From the NCBI GenBank assembly GCA_963737265.1, contig CAVTRY010000013.1:515544-579543 (forward strand): a stretch of DNA of 64,000 nucleotides. The letters run 5' to 3'. Positions within the stretch are counted from its first letter, which is position 1. Each line of letters begins with the position of its first letter. The translations under genes and the position numbers were made by a program. The notes under the pieces are model-generated. The model saw only the letters and a list, made by a program, of their open reading frames with translations, made no database searches and was not told the DNA's origin. This DNA comes from an uncultured delta proteobacterium. Its GTDB lineage: Bacteria > Myxococcota_A > Polyangia > Fen-1088. Positions 34,016 through 43,715 of this stretch are shown here, piece by piece.

Positions 34016-35447
34016 GTGGCGGCAGCGGCATGCGCACAGCCCGCGTCTGCGGGACAGGTCTATTCACGGCGACAGCCAGAACTCGGCACCCTGTACCAGG
34101 TGGTGCGCGAGAACCTGCGAACCCTCTACGCTGCCGCCCAGGACGGTTTCGCAGGGGCTGCATTGCCGCCATTTGTGCGCCAAGAATTCGAGGGCTATCT
34201 TGACTGCGGCCATCTTTCACGAGGCTTCGCACACTTGGAATGCGAAGACTGCCACTCGCATCTTCTGGTGGCCCGGCGCGGGATCATCGAGGCCGGCGAT
34301 GACCTGACCGTCCTCGATGACGGCTTTGCAGAGCGAGAGCCGGCGCTCGCGCAACTGGCCGCCGCCGCCGTCGCCGGTCTGGCCATCCCTGCGGAACCTA
34401 GGGCCTGCACGCCCTGCCCCTGCCCCACGCGGCTTCGCCGCGCCCGTCGCCCGCCGGACCCGAGTTGCGCCGCCGCCCCGCCCCCGTGGCTCTGCGCGGA
34501 CATCCCGGCGTCGAGATCACCGCGCCCCTATCGGTCACCGAGATGGGCTTCTCCCTGCACGCTGCCACTCGTGCCGGCGCCGACGATGCCCGTGCTCGTG
34601 AGGCTTTGTGCAAGTACATTCTTCGCCCGCCGTTAAGCCAGGAGCGCCTGCACCTCTTGCCCGATGGCCTCGTCCGCATCGAGTTGCGCAAGCCCTACCG
34701 TGACGGCACCTACGCCGTCGACATGGACCCACTCTCGCTGCTCTGTCGTCTTGCGACAAGCATTCCTCCCCCACGTCGGCATACGGTTCATTACGGTGGC
34801 GTGCTCGCCCCAGCATCCAAGCTCCGACCCACGGTCGTGCCACCGCCAGCCCCGATGCCCGCAGGGCAGGAAGTCCCAGCAACGTCCAGGCCCCCCACGC
34901 ACAGGTCAATCTATCGCCCGTGGTGTGAGCTGCTCAAAAGAACATTCGCCCAGGACGTTGAGAAATGCGCCACGTGTCGGGGGGATTCCCCCCGCAAGTC
35001 CGTTGTTGGGGGGCCTGGACGCATGAAACTCAGGGCCCTGGTGCAGAAGCCAGAGAACATCGCTCGCTTCCTGAAGCATCTGGGCGAGCCCACCGAACCT
35101 CCGCCCCTGGCCCCCGCACGTGCTCCGCCGTACTGGCAGGCTCGCGAGCTGCGCCACAAGCCCCAGGCACAGACCGAACTGCTCGAACGCTTAAGCCATG
35201 CCCGCCCGGCCCAGCCTCATGCCCCACGGCCCGGCCCCATGCCCCAGCCTCATGCCGCACGCTCAGGCGGGTAGGCCGGGCACCCGTCTGCCCAGGCGTC
35301 CCAATTGTGGGGTAAATTGCCGCCTTCGAGTGGCGCCTTCCCTGACCCCAGCGCTTCGCCAGCCCGACGCCAGCCTCGATGCGGCCCGTGTGCGCCGCGC
35401 CAAAACCCCTCCGCCGCCCGCAGGACCCCGCTTGTTTCGCTACGCGT
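34016..35447 (+). mobile_element. IS91/ISCR-like rolling-circle element with internally deleted, frameshifted transposase
   Basis: RRQPE..LYQVV, EFEGYLDCG...CEDC zinc domain fused to GFSLHA...LCKYILRPP; HUH region missing; ends GCTTGTTTCGCTACGCGT. Confidence 0.8.
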
Positions 35448-35636
35448 CGCCGAACCCGCGGGAGACCTGAGCATGAAGCGCCTTCTGGCCAACCTCGTCG
35501 GTTGGGTTGGCGGATACTTGGCGGAGGTCAAGTTGGAGACGAGTCACTCGCCCAGACTTTCGTTATCGCTTTCCTGAACGGGTGCTGCCGGCGCGGATGG
35601 CACTCGCCCGGCAAAGGCAGCTGGATAGGCCTGTCA

Positions 35637-36035
35637 TCATTGCTCCCCTGTCCTCTTCGCGATACCCACCCAATCGTCGATGATCTTCCCAGTCGCCTCG
35701 TCGAGGCCCACGCCGTGTCCGGTCTTGGGCAGAAGGACCAGACGCTTTGGCCCCCTGAGCGCCTGGTAGACGCGTTCGGAATGCGCGGGCGCGGTTTCGC
35801 GATCCCCGGCGCCGTGGATGAGCAGCACTGGGATTGACAGGCGGGCCACCGCCTTCACCGGGCTGACTTCGTCCACCACGAAATGCCCCTGCGTCTCCGC
35901 GAGCGCCAAGGCATCTCGAAGGTTGCCCGCGCTGGCGGAGAACGGCGCACGCTCGCTGGCCACGGTTCGCAAATCCGAAAACGTCGAGATACCGACCACA
36001 CTGGCCACGCGAGGGTCATCCACCGCGGTTCTGGA
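35637..36035 (-). pseudogene. Alpha/beta hydrolase C-terminal fragment
   Basis: PVLLIHGAGD...HS...GH present; the GxSxG nucleophile region is missing. Confidence 0.75.
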
Positions 36036-36123
36036 TTGCCGTTCCGCATCGATCCCATATTCAAAGCCATCGGCCGGCAATGTGAGCTTCGCTCAAAGCA
36101 CAGGATGAGGTATCTATCTGGCC

Positions 36124-36495
36124 ATGGCTTACGGATCGGACCTTCCCTCAGCGGCTCGGCGGCACCTCCATGCGGCAGAGGTTCTTGACGAAAACAAGCG
36201 GCGGGACGTCGCAGGCTATCTCTACGGGATCGCCGCCGAATGCGCGGTGAAAGCGATCGCCATCGGGCAACTTCGGCAGGATGACTGGCACCTAAAACAC
36301 TTTCCGGATTTGCGCACCTTGTTGCGAGACGGGATATACGGAAGAAAGCTTGCCGTGCTCAGCCAGTTCATCAACGATGATTCATTCATGAACAACTGGG
36401 ACGTCAAGATGCGATACGCCTCCGGTAAAGAGATCCTTGACCGCTGGGTGGACGACTGGAAGCGCCAGGCCCGTCAGGTAGTAAGCAAGATCTGA
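36124..36495 (+). CDS. HEPN-like protein
   Basis: Helical pattern AARRH...AGYLYGIAAECAVKA...H..L...W...RY typical of HEPN domains. Confidence 0.65.
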   Translation: MAYGSDLPSAARRHLHAAEVLDENKRRDVAGYLYGIAAECAVKAIAIGQLRQDDWHLKHFPDLRTLLRDGIYGRKLAVLSQFINDDSFMNNWDVKMRYASGKEILDRWVDDWKRQARQVVSKI

Positions 36496-36508
36496 ACATG
36501 AGGGTGAT

Positions 36509-37879
36509 ATGAGCAGACTCTACTTTGACGAAAGTCTCCCAACGCTCGTCCGCATCATCGCAGGCGAACTTGGTGCGGACGCTCTTCACACCGGTAGGGT
36601 CATACGCGACTCGACTGGACGTCTTGCATTTTTCTCGCGCGTCGAACTCGAAATCTCAGCTGTGGAAAGACTTTCCAGCCGATTCCGTAGTGAACTGGGA
36701 ATTTATTCCAGAGACGATCGACCAATAGCCACGGTCGCCGATTTCGGAGCCAGGGGAGTCCTGGACGAGAGTGGGGTTCTCTCGACGATAGTGGAGGGAC
36801 ATCGTGTTGCACTTCTGGACCGGCGTCTAGTCGGAGCTGATTGGTTGGTGGCGCCAGCACCAGGAAGTCCCCCCCCGCCTCGCATCGTCTTTGCGAGCAT
36901 GAAAGGTGGGGTTGGGCGGTCTACGGCGTTGGCGGTAGCGGCCGCAAGCCGAGCGGCCCGCGGAGATCGCGTCTTGGCGATCGATCTCGATATGGAGGCG
37001 CCGGGACTCGGAACGATGCTACTCGATGCGCGGACAACGCCGGAATTCGGCACGATCGATGTGCTCGCAGAAGGCGCGATGGCCTCCTTGGATGAAGAAT
37101 TCTATTCGGATTTGATTGGTTCCGCGCCACTGTCGGCTCATCGGGGAAGGATCGATGTGATCCCAGCGATCGGACAAAGGTCCATCAAGAATCCAGCGGA
37201 TATCTTGTCGAAACTAGCGCGTGCCTACACAGAAGGTGCCAATCCTGATGGTGGCACTAGCACCATCGCGGACCGAGTCCGTACTCTAGTGGACCATTTT
37301 TCGGACCCCAAGAGGTACGACGCTATTCTCGTGGACTCGCGTGCGGGGCTCCACGAGACCACTGCCTCTTCCATCATGGGACTGGGTGCGGAGGTGCTGC
37401 TTTTCGGTTTGGATGAGCCGCAGACGTTTCAGGCATACGCCGCCCTTCTCGGTCACCTGGCGCGCTTTGTTCCGGCCGATGGCCAGCCACCTGAGTGGCT
37501 AGAGCGCCTGACGGGTGTTCAGTCGAAGGCGCCAGAACCTGCCGGCGATCGATCACCTTTCAGCGACCGTTGGCGCCGCCTATTCGAGCAAGCTGGATTG
37601 GCCCGACAATTGCCCCGTACCCCCAATGAGATCCCATTGCCCGCCGAACCGCTTGCTAACGTTCCTTGGGGAGACGATCCACCAGATTCTGAGACGCTTC
37701 TGGAAGAAGGATGGGCAGTTCAATCCCCTCTCGCTATCCTTGACGATACTCGATTCCGAAATTTCGACCCACTGCCGCGAGCTGATCAGCTAGAGGAGAA
37801 TGCTTGCCGAGCTACCTTTGGGACCTTTCTGAATTGGGTTGATCAGGCATTGGCACCGGACAAGGACAAGATTCGATGA
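36509..37879 (+). CDS. ParA/MinD-like ATPase, KGGVGR-motif variant, with extra N-terminal domain
   Basis: FASMKGGVGRST, IDLDMEAPGL, ILVDSRAG. Confidence 0.85.
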   Translation: MSRLYFDESLPTLVRIIAGELGADALHTGRVIRDSTGRLAFFSRVELEISAVERLSSRFRSELGIYSRDDRPIATVADFGARGVLDESGVLSTIVEGHRVALLDRRLVGADWLVAPAPGSPPPPRIVFASMKGGVGRSTALAVAAASRAARGDRVLAIDLDMEAPGLGTMLLDARTTPEFGTIDVLAEGAMASLDEEFYSDLIGSAPLSAHRGRIDVIPAIGQRSIKNPADILSKLARAYTEGANPDGGTSTIADRVRTLVDHFSDPKRYDAILVDSRAGLHETTASSIMGLGAEVLLFGLDEPQTFQAYAALLGHLARFVPADGQPPEWLERLTGVQSKAPEPAGDRSPFSDRWRRLFEQAGLARQLPRTPNEIPLPAEPLANVPWGDDPPDSETLLEEGWAVQSPLAILDDTRFRNFDPLPRADQLEENACRATFGTFLNWVDQALAPDKDKIR

Positions 37880-39357
37880 CCTCTGAGCAAGAACTCTATG
37901 CTGTGGTCCGAACCTCGCTTGCATCGATGTCTGGAGATGTATCGCACGACGCAGTTGGCAACCGCATACCGGAAGCCTGCGAAATCTATGCGCCGGAGAC
38001 CCACGCCGCTGCGCTGGACCCCCAAACGTCAATTGTCCTTGGTGCGAGAGGGACTGGAAAGAGTTTCTGGGCTGGCGTCCTCGGGAATGACGCCACTCGA
38101 ATGGCGGCCAGTGGGGCGTATCCTCGGTTGGCGCTAGACACCGTCGATGTGGGATTCGGTTTTACTGGACTGGGCGGCCCCGAAGGCATCGGCAGAGATG
38201 CCCTGGATGATCTACTGCCAACATCGGCGGGAGCAGAAGAGGCCAAACAATTCTGGCGAGCCACTATTCTCCACGCGGCCGCCCTGTCTACAGGCGCCGG
38301 GGCTGGCAGAAGCTTGGACGACGCGCTCAATCAAGCGGGCGATAGAAGAGCAAGGGAACAGACCCTCAATGATGTTGAACGCGGTCTGCGAGCGAAGAAT
38401 CGGACTCTCCTTATCGTGTACGACGCCCTTGACAACATAGCAACGGATTGGCCTCGTCGTAGATTGCTGACGGAAGCGCTGTTCGAAGTAGTGTGGGCCA
38501 TGCGAGCCTATCGGGCTATCCGATTGAAGCTTTTTCTTCGTCCCGACCAAATCGACGATGAGGACCTGCGCTTCGTTGAGCTGCCTAAACTCAGAGCTGG
38601 TGCGGTTAACCTTAAGTGGTCGCGTATCGATCTTTATGGATTGCTTTTCTCACGAATTGCTCTTGCACAGGACGCGCAAGCAAGAAGTGCGTTCGGACAA
38701 ATCGTCAAGAGAGAAGGCATTGCAGATGCCGATCAGCAGAGCGTACTTACGCGCAGGTGGGCCCTCGCATATTCGCTTGATCAACAGCGCAAGGTCATGA
38801 GCATTCTGGCCGGGGATTACATGGCCAGAGGCAACTTCGGGTACAAAAAGGGGAACACCTACGATTGGCCACTCGATCACCTAGCAGATGCGTTTGACGA
38901 GGTTACTCCGCGCAGCTTTCTCGGTCTCATGATCGCTGCGGCCAAGCACGGTGAGAGACCCACCGACCGAGTCATCACCCCAGATGGTATTCGACACGGA
39001 CTCCGAGCAGCCTCAAAGACTAGGGTTGATCAACTCCACCAGGAATTCCCCTGGATCAAAGCCGTGCTGGCACCACTAGCGGGTCTGTTGTTGCCTCAGA
39101 AAGATGAACAGGTATTCAGAGCCTGGCGGCAGGCAAGAACTGTCGCCACAGTGCTGAGCGATGCCCAGAAGAACCACTATCTGCCACCGTACCCACCGGT
39201 GGCCGCAAATACGGCTGGTGATGAATCGCTCTTGTTCCTGGCTCTTGAGCGCATTGGGGTAATGTTTCGTAGGAGCGACGGGCGCATCGATATGCCTGAC
39301 TTGTTCAGGGTCGCCGCGAAGCTCTTGAAGAAGGGCGGCACGGCCCCTCTGGACTAG
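37876..39357 (+). CDS. P-loop ATPase (Sll1717-like)
   Basis: Walker A GARGTGKS, Walker B LIVYDALD, KLFLRPD, TPRSF; ATGA overlap with the previous gene. Confidence 0.8.
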   Translation: MTSEQELYAVVRTSLASMSGDVSHDAVGNRIPEACEIYAPETHAAALDPQTSIVLGARGTGKSFWAGVLGNDATRMAASGAYPRLALDTVDVGFGFTGLGGPEGIGRDALDDLLPTSAGAEEAKQFWRATILHAAALSTGAGAGRSLDDALNQAGDRRAREQTLNDVERGLRAKNRTLLIVYDALDNIATDWPRRRLLTEALFEVVWAMRAYRAIRLKLFLRPDQIDDEDLRFVELPKLRAGAVNLKWSRIDLYGLLFSRIALAQDAQARSAFGQIVKREGIADADQQSVLTRRWALAYSLDQQRKVMSILAGDYMARGNFGYKKGNTYDWPLDHLADAFDEVTPRSFLGLMIAAAKHGERPTDRVITPDGIRHGLRAASKTRVDQLHQEFPWIKAVLAPLAGLLLPQKDEQVFRAWRQARTVATVLSDAQKNHYLPPYPPVAANTAGDESLLFLALERIGVMFRRSDGRIDMPDLFRVAAKLLKKGGTAPLD

Positions 39358-39675
39358 CGCCCCCTGCCAAAAGTATCGCCCCCCCTCCTCATGCGAGATT
39401 CTCGCCCCTCCGAGGTGAAATGGGGCAAAGGCTGACTTCCGCACCCCACTTCACTTCCCATTTGACTCCACGCCCCTCATTCAAGCAAACTAACTCCGCT
39501 TTCTGAGAATCAAGCGCGCAGTTGCCGGACCGAGGAGGGCGGGGTTGCTTTGCAGCCTCCACGTTGTTGGCCGCTCCCTCGGTTGATGTTGGGCAACTCG
39601 CCCTGAGTTGTTGAACCTCGTTGCACCTGTAGTACCCGTAGTACCTGTTGCACCCCCACATCAAGGAGACAGTCA

Positions 39676-40411
39676 TGCCAGCGAAGACCCGTTATGTAAC
39701 TGAAACTGAATTGATTGTTATTGGCCGCCGTTACGGCGCGGATGAAGTGGCATTGGAGGCCAGCGAGGCGTCTGCACGCTGGAAGCGCGATTTGTCGGCG
39801 CTCGCGAGCTGCGGGTATGGTCAGGGCGCGTTCGATGCGTTCAGCGCGGATTTCACTGAACATGCGAAGTTGCGCTCGGCGCGCCCGTAGGCGGTGACGG
39901 AGAAGAAGATGTCGGTCAGCACGCGCGACAAGCAGGTCTCGTCGGGTTGGAAGTGGGTGGATCGCGTGGCCTCGGTGCTGGGCGCGCTGGCGCGCACGGA
40001 TCAAGCACGGCACTATCCACGGCGAAGCCGACCGACGACGCGGGACTGGAAGCCGGGATCCACGCGATGGCCACCATCTTGGTCGAGAGCAAGGGCCGCT
40101 TGCCGGCGGATGCCGAGGCGGACAAACGTTTGTCCGAGGTCGACGGTTTGTGCGCGGCTTTGCGGATCTCGCCTGGCACGGTCCACACCTCGAAGGGGCA
40201 GACCGTGGCGGACACGGCGCAGATCGATCTGTACGATGGCAAGCTGTACTTGTGCATGCGCGACCTCAACTCGGCCGGCCGCAAAGCCATTCGCAACGGC
40301 GATTTGCGTGCGGGTCTGCACGAGCACGCGTTCCACCACCTCAAGAACTCAGGCAATTCGAACCCGGCTCCCGCGCCAGTGCCCGCGCCCGCTCCGGGGG
40401 CCACGGGCTGA
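39676..40411 (+). pseudogene. Hypothetical helical protein with in-frame TAG and a frameshift
   Basis: AAGGAG RBS, ATG 39676; TAG at 39888-39890; frame change near 40005. Confidence 0.55.
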
Positions 40412-40428
40412 TCGCGGACGGCGACTCG

Positions 40429-40471
40429 CCCCTCACCCTGGCCCTCTCCCCGCTGACGCGGGGCGAGGGGA
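40429..40471 (+). repeat. REP-like palindrome
   Basis: CCCCTCACCCTGGCCCTCTCCCCGC-TGAC-GCGGGGCGAGGGGA between convergent genes. Confidence 0.7.
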
Positions 40472-40559
40472 TGAAAGGCGCCGCGCCTCTATGGCGGCGT
40501 GGCCATTGCGCATACCGGCGATGGGTCTCACGTCGGCATACTGTTCGGGCTCGGCACTG

Positions 40560-41886
40560 TCAATGCGCGCCTCTATCCACCAGCTCTTCTTCGAGAGCGG
40601 TCCAGTCGAGCTTGGCGCCGACTTGGGCCAGGACGGCATAAAGGCCAATCCGAATGCGGAAAAGGAACATCAGTTTGCCGGGAAGATGGAGTCGCAACAG
40701 ATTCTTCTTGAGCTTTGCCACCTGTCCCATGGTGATGGCTTGGTCGGGCTCCACGCGATGACGGCCGGATTCGAGCAGGGGTGCGTAGAAGCCGCGCAAA
40801 ACAGACCGCGTGACGTCGAAGTCGCGCGACGGATTGGATGCCCCGAGCGACAACAGCGCACCTTGCATCTCGGTGGTGTTGTCCGCACGCACGGCACGCG
40901 ACAAGCGGACCAGCGCGGCCACCACGTCAGACTCGAACTCGCGCACGCAGCCGTGGTCGAGAATGGTCACGCGACCGTCGTCCGCAAATAGCAAATTGCC
41001 TGGGTGAGGATCGGCATTGAAGAGGCCGTGGCGATAGAGAGCGCCAACGTAGAACTCGTAAAGCGCCCGCGCTGCGCGCACCTTTTCCGCTTCGTATTTG
41101 GTCTTTGCCACGAACGCGTCGAGCATGGCTCCGTCTTGCCAGCTCGAACGTCAGAACCCGCGGGCCGCAATAGTCGCGAAAGGTGGCCGGAATGGTGATG
41201 GCGGCGTGCCCGGCGAAGACTTCATGAAATCGTATCTGATGGCGAGCCTCCAGCGCATAGTCGCATTCTTCGAGAAAGCGCGTCTCGGCCTCGGCGAGGA
41301 AACTCTCGACATTGGCGCCGGGAACCACCACATGAGCGAAGAAGCTGCCGACAGATGCAGTCTTGAAGTCGGCGCGAATGGCGTCTGCGATGCCGGGGTG
41401 GCGAACTTTCACGGCGACGCGCGTGCCATCGTCCAGCGTCGCACGATGAACCTGGCCGATGGACGCACTCGCCACCGGCACGGGTTCCAGGCGAGGCAAA
41501 AGCGTGCGCGAGCGCGCGCCGAGATCTTCGCGAATTGCCAGATGGATCTGCGACAGCGGCGTGGGCTGCGACATGACTTGCAAAACAGAAAGCAAGCGCC
41601 GAGCTTCCGGTGACAGCGAAACATCGAAGTAGGACAAAATCTGCCCGGCCTTCATGGCGATGCCCTTGAGCTCGCCCAGGCTCTCGACCAGTTTGGCGAT
41701 GGCGTCTGGCGACAGCGCAGCGACGGTGAGGTCTTCGCCGCGCAACCGTCCCGCAATTGCTCCGACGCCCAGGCGGGCCGCGGCGGTCGCCGTCTTTTGC
41801 AGACGCGAGAAGGATGACGTGGGAAGGGTCTTTCCGCTTTTCGCGCGGAGATTCTCGAAGAGCAGCTGGCGACGATCGTTGGCCAT
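40560..41886 (-). CDS. AarF/ABC1/UbiB atypical kinase; frameshift near 41130
   Basis: LKGIAMKAGQ, ASASIGQVHRA, VAVKV, NADPHPGN, LDHGC. Confidence 0.88.
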
Positions 41887-41906
41887 CGAAACCTCTTACT
41901 ATTTAG

Positions 41907-42199
41907 ATGGAAACCCTCAAAGGGTTTCCATACCTTCCCGCGCACCGGCTCCCCGGGGCTAAGCCCCACCTCGCCTCCGCGAATCTATGGAAACCCTCAA
42001 AGGGTTTCCATACCTTCCCGCGCACCGGCTCCCCGGGGCTAAGCCCCACCTCGCCTCCGCGAATCTATGGAAACCCTCAAAGGGTTTCCATACCTTCCCG
42101 CGCACCGGCTCCCCGGGGCTAAGCCCCGCCTCGCCTCCGCGAATCTATGGAAACCCTCATCGCCTTCCCATGCCTTCTCGCGCACCGGCTCCGCGGGGA
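41907..42199. repeat. Tandem 80-bp palindromic repeat, three copies plus a degenerate partial
   Basis: Units start at 41907, 41987, 42067, 42147; hairpins ATGGAAACCCT-CAA-AGGGTTTCCAT and GGGGCT-A-AGCCCC. Confidence 0.95.
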
Positions 42200-42211
42200 C
42201 GCCGCATTGGA

Positions 42212-43666
42212 TCAGATTGCGCAGCAGATCGTCTGCATTCCCGTTTCAGTTGCCGTCCCTGTGGATGTCGTGGGGTTGGCGGTGCAGCCACCGTCCGCGA
42301 TGACGTCCAGCGCCCTCACGCTATTGTACCCAGGGTCGATTCCGCTCTGTACGGCTTGGCATCCCAAGTTGAGGGTTGCAATGGGTGCCGCATACCCGGC
42401 GCAACCGTCGTTCTGAAGAGTGATCGATCCGCTGCAAGATCCAGTGATGGGGCCACAGGTGCATGCGGTGCACCCCCTCGTATCCTCGTATCCGGTCGAT
42501 GCCGTCAATGGGTTAGGGTAATCCGATGGGCAGGTGGCGTTGCCGGCGACGTAAACACAAAGCTGTTGACCGCCGTTGAGCGGTGGGACGCACTTCCCGC
42601 TGCCGCTGCAGGATTCGGGAAGCGCACATGCGCTGCGCATTGTCGACCAGGACACGGCCGGAATCGTCTTCGACGGTTGAAACGTGCAGCTGCCCGTGGC
42701 GCCGAATTTCGCTCCCACGAGCCAAGCTACCATCGTCGTTGGGAGGCTCGACGTGAGCATGGCGCAATCCAGGGATGAAGACAGAGTCGCGAGGATGGTC
42801 GGCGGCGTGAAGCAGTCGCCTGCATACCCAAGCGTCACATTGCTGCAACTGAGTTGGCCTTTCGTCGGCGTGCCACATGAACAACCGCACTGCGCTGCCG
42901 GCGCAGCAAGCCCACTATGCGCGGTCAAAACTGAGCTCGGCGCAAGGGCAGGGCAGCTAGGTGCGGTCGGGGATGCCGCAGAAACCAGAACCACCGGGCC
43001 ATTCCACCCGGGAGGCGCCGTCTTGCACGTGCTTGCAGCGTTGCCACACGCCGAGCCGCCTGTGGCCGTCATGCCGCCGCTGCCGACGCCGCCCGTGGCC
43101 ATCGCGCCGCCGCTGCCGACACCGCCCGTGGCCATCGCGCCGCCGCTGCCGACGCCGCCCGTGGCCATCGCGCCGCCGCTGCCGACACCGCCCGTGGCCG
43201 CCCCGCCAGAGCCGCCGGTGGCGATGGGAACGTCGCTGCCGCCCGCTCCGCCCGACGGGGTCCCGCCATCGATCCCGGACGCTCCGCCGCGACCACCAAC
43301 ACCGGACACGCCGCCCGTGCCGACGGTGCCGCCAGCAGCGTCAATCCCACCAGCCGAAAGATCCGGACTCGTGTCCGGAGTCAATGGAATGTCCGCCAGT
43401 TCCGGAACATCCGGTCCCGCGTTCAAGCTGACGTCGTAGCCGCCCGGTTGGGACGCATCCACGCTCCCGCGACTGTCGATTCCCGTGCTGCCCGCGCCGC
43501 TGTCCAGCAAGCCCGGTGCCGTATCCACCAGCCCAATCTGAGCGCCGGCTTCACTTCCAGCGTCGATGGCATTCCCTCCGTCAACCATCGGCTTGAGACC
43601 AAAGTCGTAGCCACACGAGGGGGTGAGGAGGAGGAACAAGAACGAAACCCAAACCCGCTTCGTCAT
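42212..43666 (-). CDS. Lipoprotein with Gly-rich linker and Cys-rich C-terminal domain
   Basis: MTKRVWVSFLFLLLTPSC lipobox; GGVGSGGAMAT repeats; many Cys, ends TICCAI. Confidence 0.8.
   Translation of the reverse strand: MTKRVWVSFLFLLLTPSCGYDFGLKPMVDGGNAIDAGSEAGAQIGLVDTAPGLLDSGAGSTGIDSRGSVDASQPGGYDVSLNAGPDVPELADIPLTPDTSPDLSAGGIDAAGGTVGTGGVSGVGGRGGASGIDGGTPSGGAGGSDVPIATGGSGGAATGGVGSGGAMATGGVGSGGAMATGGVGSGGAMATGGVGSGGMTATGGSACGNAASTCKTAPPGWNGPVVLVSAASPTAPSCPALAPSSVLTAHSGLAAPAAQCGCSCGTPTKGQLSCSNVTLGYAGDCFTPPTILATLSSSLDCAMLTSSLPTTMVAWLVGAKFGATGSCTFQPSKTIPAVSWSTMRSACALPESCSGSGKCVPPLNGGQQLCVYVAGNATCPSDYPNPLTASTGYEDTRGCTACTCGPITGSCSGSITLQNDGCAGYAAPIATLNLGCQAVQSGIDPGYNSVRALDVIADGGCTANPTTSTGTATETGMQTICCAI
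43073..43199 (-). repeat. 33-bp coding tandem repeat, about four copies
   Basis: Encodes (ATGGVGSGGAM)n. Confidence 0.85.
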
Positions 43667-43715
43667 CAGAATGCTGCTCCTTGCCACTTGCGCGAGGTGG
43701 TAGTCACGGGGTCCT

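Noticed and set aside
36509-37879. Chromosome or plasmid partition ParA, or MinD
   Set aside because: The Walker A has KGGVGR rather than KGGVGK, there are extra domains, and no parB or minCE is adjacent.
39888-39890. Pyrrolysine or readthrough at the in-frame TAG
   Set aside because: The same gene also has a frameshift and no pyl genes are seen; a point mutation or sequencing error is simpler.
41907-42199. CRISPR array
   Set aside because: The sequence between palindromes is the same in each unit (no unique spacers) and no cas genes are in the window.
43073-43199. 33-bp repeat as a non-coding array
   Set aside because: It is in frame within a lipoprotein Gly-rich linker.
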